64,000 nucleotides of DNA, taken from NCBI GenBank assembly GCA_964607485.1, contig CAZSKP010000009.1, positions 64,001 through 128,000 of the forward strand, given 5' to 3'. Source of the stretch: an uncultured bacterium. GTDB lineage: Bacteria > Abyssobacteria > SURF-5. A program made the position numbers and the translations under genes. The notes beneath the pieces were generated by a model, which searched no databases, had not been told where the DNA came from, and worked only from the letters and a program-made list of their open reading frames with translations. Shown piece after piece: positions 59,658-64,000 of the stretch. Every line of letters begins with the position of its first letter. The first letter of the stretch is position 1.

Positions 59658-62114
59658 CTATCTCTTGAATATCAGGCCGGTATGATCCAGCAACCTGTAT
59701 AAGCCCACCTTCATGAAATCTGTCACGACAAAGGCCGCGAGAGCGTATGCCCATACGAATAATGCCAGTTTCCACCCCACGGGCGCCACATACCAGCCGT
59801 AAACCGCCACAAGAGTGGCCAGAAGCTTGGTTATCACCGCCGACCAGAAGAGGGCGGCGCTGGGCCTGATGGACCAGAACGGACCTCTCGTACGAGTGAG
59901 GAATATGGTCAGATGGCCGGCCACCGCAAGCTTTAGGAATATGAACGATTGAATCGTTTCCCGGCCGAGGTGCAGGACGGCTTCTCCAATATAGAAAATT
60001 CCGAAGGAGGAAAACACTCCGATCAGCCCCAGGAAGCTGGCTATGCCCAGAACGACCCGCATGTTCCATTTCTCCGGCCTCTTCGAATAAAGCACATTAT
60101 CGTACGCAATGGCCATGATGGGCGCATCGTTGAAAAGAGCCAGAAGAACGATCATAAGCGCCGTCACCGGATAGAACTTGAACACCAATATCGACAGGGT
60201 TATGAAGAGAAGCACACGGATTGTCTCGGCTATGCGATAGATCGCATAACTCGTCATCCGCTTGAATATCTTGCGGCTCTCCTTGATTGCGTCGATGATG
60301 ACCGAAAGCCCGGGAACCGTGAGCACGATGTCGGCCGCCGACTTTGCCGCATCCGTCGCTCCGGCGACCGCGATGCCCGCATCAGCTTTTTTCAGGGCCG
60401 GAGCATCGTTGACCCCGTCTCCCGTCATGCCGACGATGTGGCCCCTGTTCTGGAGCAGCTCAACGATATGGTACTTGTGTTCGGGATAAACCTGGGCGAA
60501 CCCGTCGGCTTCATCCACGACGCTTTGGGCCTCCCTGTCCGATTTGTCCAGGAAAGCGGATGACGCCTTGATCTTCGTGCCCAGACCCACCTGGCGTGCA
60601 ATCTCCACGGCGATATCGGTATGGTCGCCGGTGACCATTTTCACCCTCACGCCCATGTCCTGTGCCGTCTTGATGGTCTCCGCCGAATCCTCCCGCGGTG
60701 GGTCGTAAAGACCGACCAGGCCAACGTACTCCCAGGCACCCTGGTCGTTTGTCCTGGCCACGCCTAATGCTCGATACCCCGTCGACGCCAGCGAATGTAC
60801 GCGGCGCTCCACTTCCTCATCGACCGAAGCCTTGTCTTCAAGCAGCGAGAGAATCGCCTGCGGCGCTCCTTTGCTGACCTTGAACTGCCCGCCGTCGGTT
60901 CCCTTTATCGTGGCCTCTGTCCGCTTTGAAACGGGGTCGAACGGCTTGAAACCCACCACTGTGAGCGCGCCGACATCCTCGCCGACGGATTGTGTCTCCC
61001 GGCTTTTCGTCAATATGGAATCATCAATCGGGTCTCCATCCTCTTCCCGGGATGCCAAGGCGGCGTTCATGAGAACGTCGTTCTCGGAGAATGCTCCCAG
61101 AGGCGAGATGTTTCCGAGTGTGAGCTGATTCTTAGTGATGGTGCCTGTCTTGTCCGAGCACAGCACATTCACGCCGGCCATCTCCTCGATGGCGACCAGT
61201 CTGCTGACGATGGCTTCCTTTTTCGCCAGAGCCGTCGCGCCCACGGCCATGGTAACCGATAGCACGGCGGGCAAAGCCACCGGTATCGCCGCCACCGTCA
61301 AGACGAGAGCGAACTGGAGCGTTTCCAATGCGCTCTCGTGTCGGAAGAGGGCTACGAAGAAGATCACGGCCACCAGCACGACCGCTATGACAATGAGATA
61401 ATCGCCTATCTTGATCACCGCCTGCTGAAAATGGCTTCTCTTCTTCGCTTCCGCCACGAGTTTCGCAGTCTTGCCGAAATAGCTGTTCATTCCCGTGGCG
61501 ACGACGAGAGCATCCATTTCCCCTTGTTTCACAAGTGATCCCGCATAGGCTACGTCGGAGACCTTCTTGTCCACCGGCAGCGATTCGCCCGTCAACGCGG
61601 ATTCGTCCACCTGAAGGAAATCGCCTTCGATGAGCTTGACGTCGGCGGGGACAACGCGTCCCATCCGAACCCTCACCACGTCTCCCGGGACAAGCACCTT
61701 TGCATCGACCTCGCTCCATTTTCCATCACGAAGCACCCGGGCTCTCGGCGCCAGCTTCTCTTTCAGGAGGTCAATGGCGTTGTCGGCCTTGTGTTCCTGC
61801 CAGAACCCCACCACCGCGTTCAAAAGCAACAGCACCAGAATAATCCAGAAATCTTCCCAGTGTTGTACGATGGCGGACAGGATGGCTGCGACCTCGATCA
61901 TCCAGGGAATCGGCCCCCAAAAATAGCTGAGGAACTTCAACAGCGGACTGCGCTTCTTTTCTTCGATTTCGTTATATCCGTATTGTTGCAGTCGCTTCTC
62001 AGCTTCGGACGAGGAGATACCCTTTTCATCGGTGGAGAGCTTCTTGAAGAGGTCGGAGAGGGAAGTTTCCTTGGCTTTATCGGTACTTATAAGGTCATCA
62101 GTCATGGTTGTCAT
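59658..62114 (-). CDS. Plasma-membrane proton-efflux P-type ATPase (P3A)
   Basis: WGPIPWMIE, TGES, IPVALP, CSDKTGT, KGAP, DPPR, GDGVND and NDAPI.AIAYD. Confidence 0.95.
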   Translation of the reverse strand: MTTMTDDLISTDKAKETSLSDLFKKLSTDEKGISSSEAEKRLQQYGYNEIEEKKRSPLLKFLSYFWGPIPWMIEVAAILSAIVQHWEDFWIILVLLLLNAVVGFWQEHKADNAIDLLKEKLAPRARVLRDGKWSEVDAKVLVPGDVVRVRMGRVVPADVKLIEGDFLQVDESALTGESLPVDKKVSDVAYAGSLVKQGEMDALVVATGMNSYFGKTAKLVAEAKKRSHFQQAVIKIGDYLIVIAVVLVAVIFFVALFRHESALETLQFALVLTVAAIPVALPAVLSVTMAVGATALAKKEAIVSRLVAIEEMAGVNVLCSDKTGTITKNQLTLGNISPLGAFSENDVLMNAALASREEDGDPIDDSILTKSRETQSVGEDVGALTVVGFKPFDPVSKRTEATIKGTDGGQFKVSKGAPQAILSLLEDKASVDEEVERRVHSLASTGYRALGVARTNDQGAWEYVGLVGLYDPPREDSAETIKTAQDMGVRVKMVTGDHTDIAVEIARQVGLGTKIKASSAFLDKSDREAQSVVDEADGFAQVYPEHKYHIVELLQNRGHIVGMTGDGVNDAPALKKADAGIAVAGATDAAKSAADIVLTVPGLSVIIDAIKESRKIFKRMTSYAIYRIAETIRVLLFITLSILVFKFYPVTALMIVLLALFNDAPIMAIAYDNVLYSKRPEKWNMRVVLGIASFLGLIGVFSSFGIFYIGEAVLHLGRETIQSFIFLKLAVAGHLTIFLTRTRGPFWSIRPSAALFWSAVITKLLATLVAVYGWYVAPVGWKLALFVWAYALAAFVVTDFMKVGLYRLLDHTGLIFKR

Positions 62115-62332
62115 TCACAGAATCTTTTCGTGCGGTTGAGCGAATACGGGAGATACGTTGGTCATTCACCTGATAATGAACAACTCTTGCACTCGAAGTC
62201 TCTAAGTGACGAAAAATGAGGTCGCGCCGTTTTTTCTGCATCAGATACGTGACAAAACGTCCTGAGCTTAGGGCGGTTTGTGACGCGACTCTGTCATGAT
62301 TCAAAACTATGAATTACAGGAGAGAAACTCGG

Positions 62333-62989
62333 TCATTTTTTAGCAGGCCCAGTGGTCTTGACATACCCCTTTATTGCTTCGCCGAGCGCATGGATAATCG
62401 CATCCACCTCCTCTTCCGCCCAGCCGCCTGCTGTGACAAGCTTATCGGCGACAACAACTGTTTCTTTCAATGCATCTGCGACGATTTCTTCACCCTTATA
62501 ACCGGCCCAGAGTAAGGAGAGCTTCAGATGTTTGGCTGCGGCTTTGAGTGCGTTGCCGGTATCCTTGGCGTTCCTCTTCTTCCATGCTTCTCGGGCGTTT
62601 GCATAATGGTGTTCAGCAAGGGCAGCATGCGCTCGAGCGAAGGCCGTGTTGAGTTCCTTTTCCGAGCTGACTTGTCCGTTCTCCACCCTATCTGCCAGTC
62701 CTTCCAAATCTCCCAGAGATGCATCGACGTCCGCTTCCTTTCGCCCTCCGGTACGGTCTACCTCCAGCTTCATATACGACACAGCTTTCCGAATCTCATC
62801 CGCCGATTCCTTGAGCTTGCCGTCGAGGAAGTCCACGCGAGCCTCGTAAAATTGGCGGTCCGCATCTTGCACGAGATAGACTTGAGTGTAATCATACTGG
62901 CTTCCACCTTCAGTTTGTGCGAGGACCGGCGTGTGCGCGAACGTCACCGCCAGAAGAACCGTAGCAAACCAAAGAGCCGTGTAACGCAT
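62333..62989 (-). CDS. Exported helical hypothetical protein
   Basis: Signal peptide; paralog of 58598-59152. Confidence 0.8.
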   Translation of the reverse strand: MRYTALWFATVLLAVTFAHTPVLAQTEGGSQYDYTQVYLVQDADRQFYEARVDFLDGKLKESADEIRKAVSYMKLEVDRTGGRKEADVDASLGDLEGLADRVENGQVSSEKELNTAFARAHAALAEHHYANAREAWKKRNAKDTGNALKAAAKHLKLSLLWAGYKGEEIVADALKETVVVADKLVTAGGWAEEEVDAIIHALGEAIKGYVKTTGPAKK

Positions 62990-63310
62990 CGTTTTCCTTC
63001 CTTCCCGCCGCCCCTACTGCTCGCTGGCTTCGTTCATGAAATCTACCCGACCTACCGTCTTCGAAAGGCTAACTTGACACTAACGCAAAAGAACTATAAC
63101 AACAATCCTCACGCCCTGCTAGATACGAGCGTCTCCGCTCGAAAGCCCAGTGCCAGCCTGAGGTTAAACACGGAAACCGCAGGCGGCCATTTGCCGCCGG
63201 GGCAAAGCGGATGTATATTATACGCAAGACACAACCGGGCGTCAAAGGCAAGCGCGCCGTGCCGGCCTCGGAACGGAGAAACGGTGGCGCCATGTGAAGG
63301 GAGCGGGAAC

Positions 63311-64000
63311 GTGAAGGCCATAGCGATCGTTCCGGGCACCAGAACTCTGCGGCTGGTGGAGCGCAAGGAACCGACCATCGCAGCGCCGGACGAAATAAAG
63401 GTAAAACTGCTGCGTGTAGGCATCTGCGGTACTGACCGCGAGGAATCGTCCGGCGGGCGCGCCCTTGTCCCCGAGGGCGAGCAGGATCTGGTCATCGGGC
63501 ACGAGATGCTCGGACGAGTGGTGGAAACCGGCCGGAATGTCACTCGGGTGAAGCCGGATGATTACGCGGTCTTTACCGTGCGGCGGGGGTGCGGCAGGTG
63601 CATGCCGTGCGAGATGAATCGTTCCGACATGTGCCTGACGGGAGAATACCGAGAGCGCGGCATCTGGGGACTTGACGGCTACCAGACGGAGTACGCAGTC
63701 GATAAAGAGCAATATGTTGTGCGCGTGCCGCCGGAGTTGAAAGACATCGGAGTCTTGTGCGAGCCCCTATCCGTTGCCAAGAAAGCGATCATCGAGGCGC
63801 TGAGGGTACAGTCCACACGCTTGCCGAATGTTGCCGCCAGGCCGGACTGGCTGTTTGGACGCCATTGCTTGATCGTCGGACTGGGACCAATAGGCCTTCT
63901 TGCGGCATTGGTCTTGCGCCTGGGCGGCGCAGAGGTGTATGGCCTCGACATTGTGGACGCCGATACCGCCCGGCCGCGATGGCTTGCGGGAATCGGCGGG
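63311..64000 (+). CDS. Zinc-dependent glucose 1-dehydrogenase (MDR family), runs off the window end
   Basis: GTG start; MKAIAIVPG, GICGTD, GHE, VRRGCGRCMPC, ERGI.G.DG, EPLS and GLGPIG. Confidence 0.88.
   Translation, partial: MKAIAIVPGTRTLRLVERKEPTIAAPDEIKVKLLRVGICGTDREESSGGRALVPEGEQDLVIGHEMLGRVVETGRNVTRVKPDDYAVFTVRRGCGRCMPCEMNRSDMCLTGEYRERGIWGLDGYQTEYAVDKEQYVVRVPPELKDIGVLCEPLSVAKKAIIEALRVQSTRLPNVAARPDWLFGRHCLIVGLGPIGLLAALVLRLGGAEVYGLDIVDADTARPRWLAGIGG

Noticed and set aside
63069-63951. Minus-strand ORFs at the window end
   Set aside because: They are shadows of the plus-strand glucose dehydrogenase, which the ORF track omits because its stop lies outside the window

Overview
This is a 64 kb window from a GC-rich bacterium. 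A PEP-CTERM gene and sigma54 promoters suggest a diderm, and the 2-oxoacid:ferredoxin oxidoreductase and PyrK suggest an anaerobe; both points are inferences. It holds about 55 genes. Core blocks are dxr-rseP-ispG-proS-valS and lysA-disA-pyrK-pyrD-pyrF-pyrE-GNAT-glgP-pckA. Accessory genes include a LarA-family enzyme, an M14 peptidase, MFS transporters, a CrtI-like oxidoreductase, a thiolase, an Ntn acylase, IlvD, HtrA, a P3A H+-ATPase and a glucose dehydrogenase. No rRNA, tRNA or CRISPR array was recognised. The most notable observations are: (1) a Ser/Thr pseudokinase (HRD>HQN, DFG>DFF, no Gly loop) tightly coupled to a membrane-anchored PilZ protein; (2) a plant-type glucuronokinase paired with galU; (3) a RAYT transposase remnant inside perfect 29-bp inverted repeats; (4) a duplicated thiolase promoter/5' end plus a ~65-bp element present in three copies; (5) a 44-aa small ORF with its own sigma54 promoter; (6) a stand-alone HisKA-like mini protein; (7) an internally deleted korA. 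All family calls come from motif recognition by eye, not database searches.
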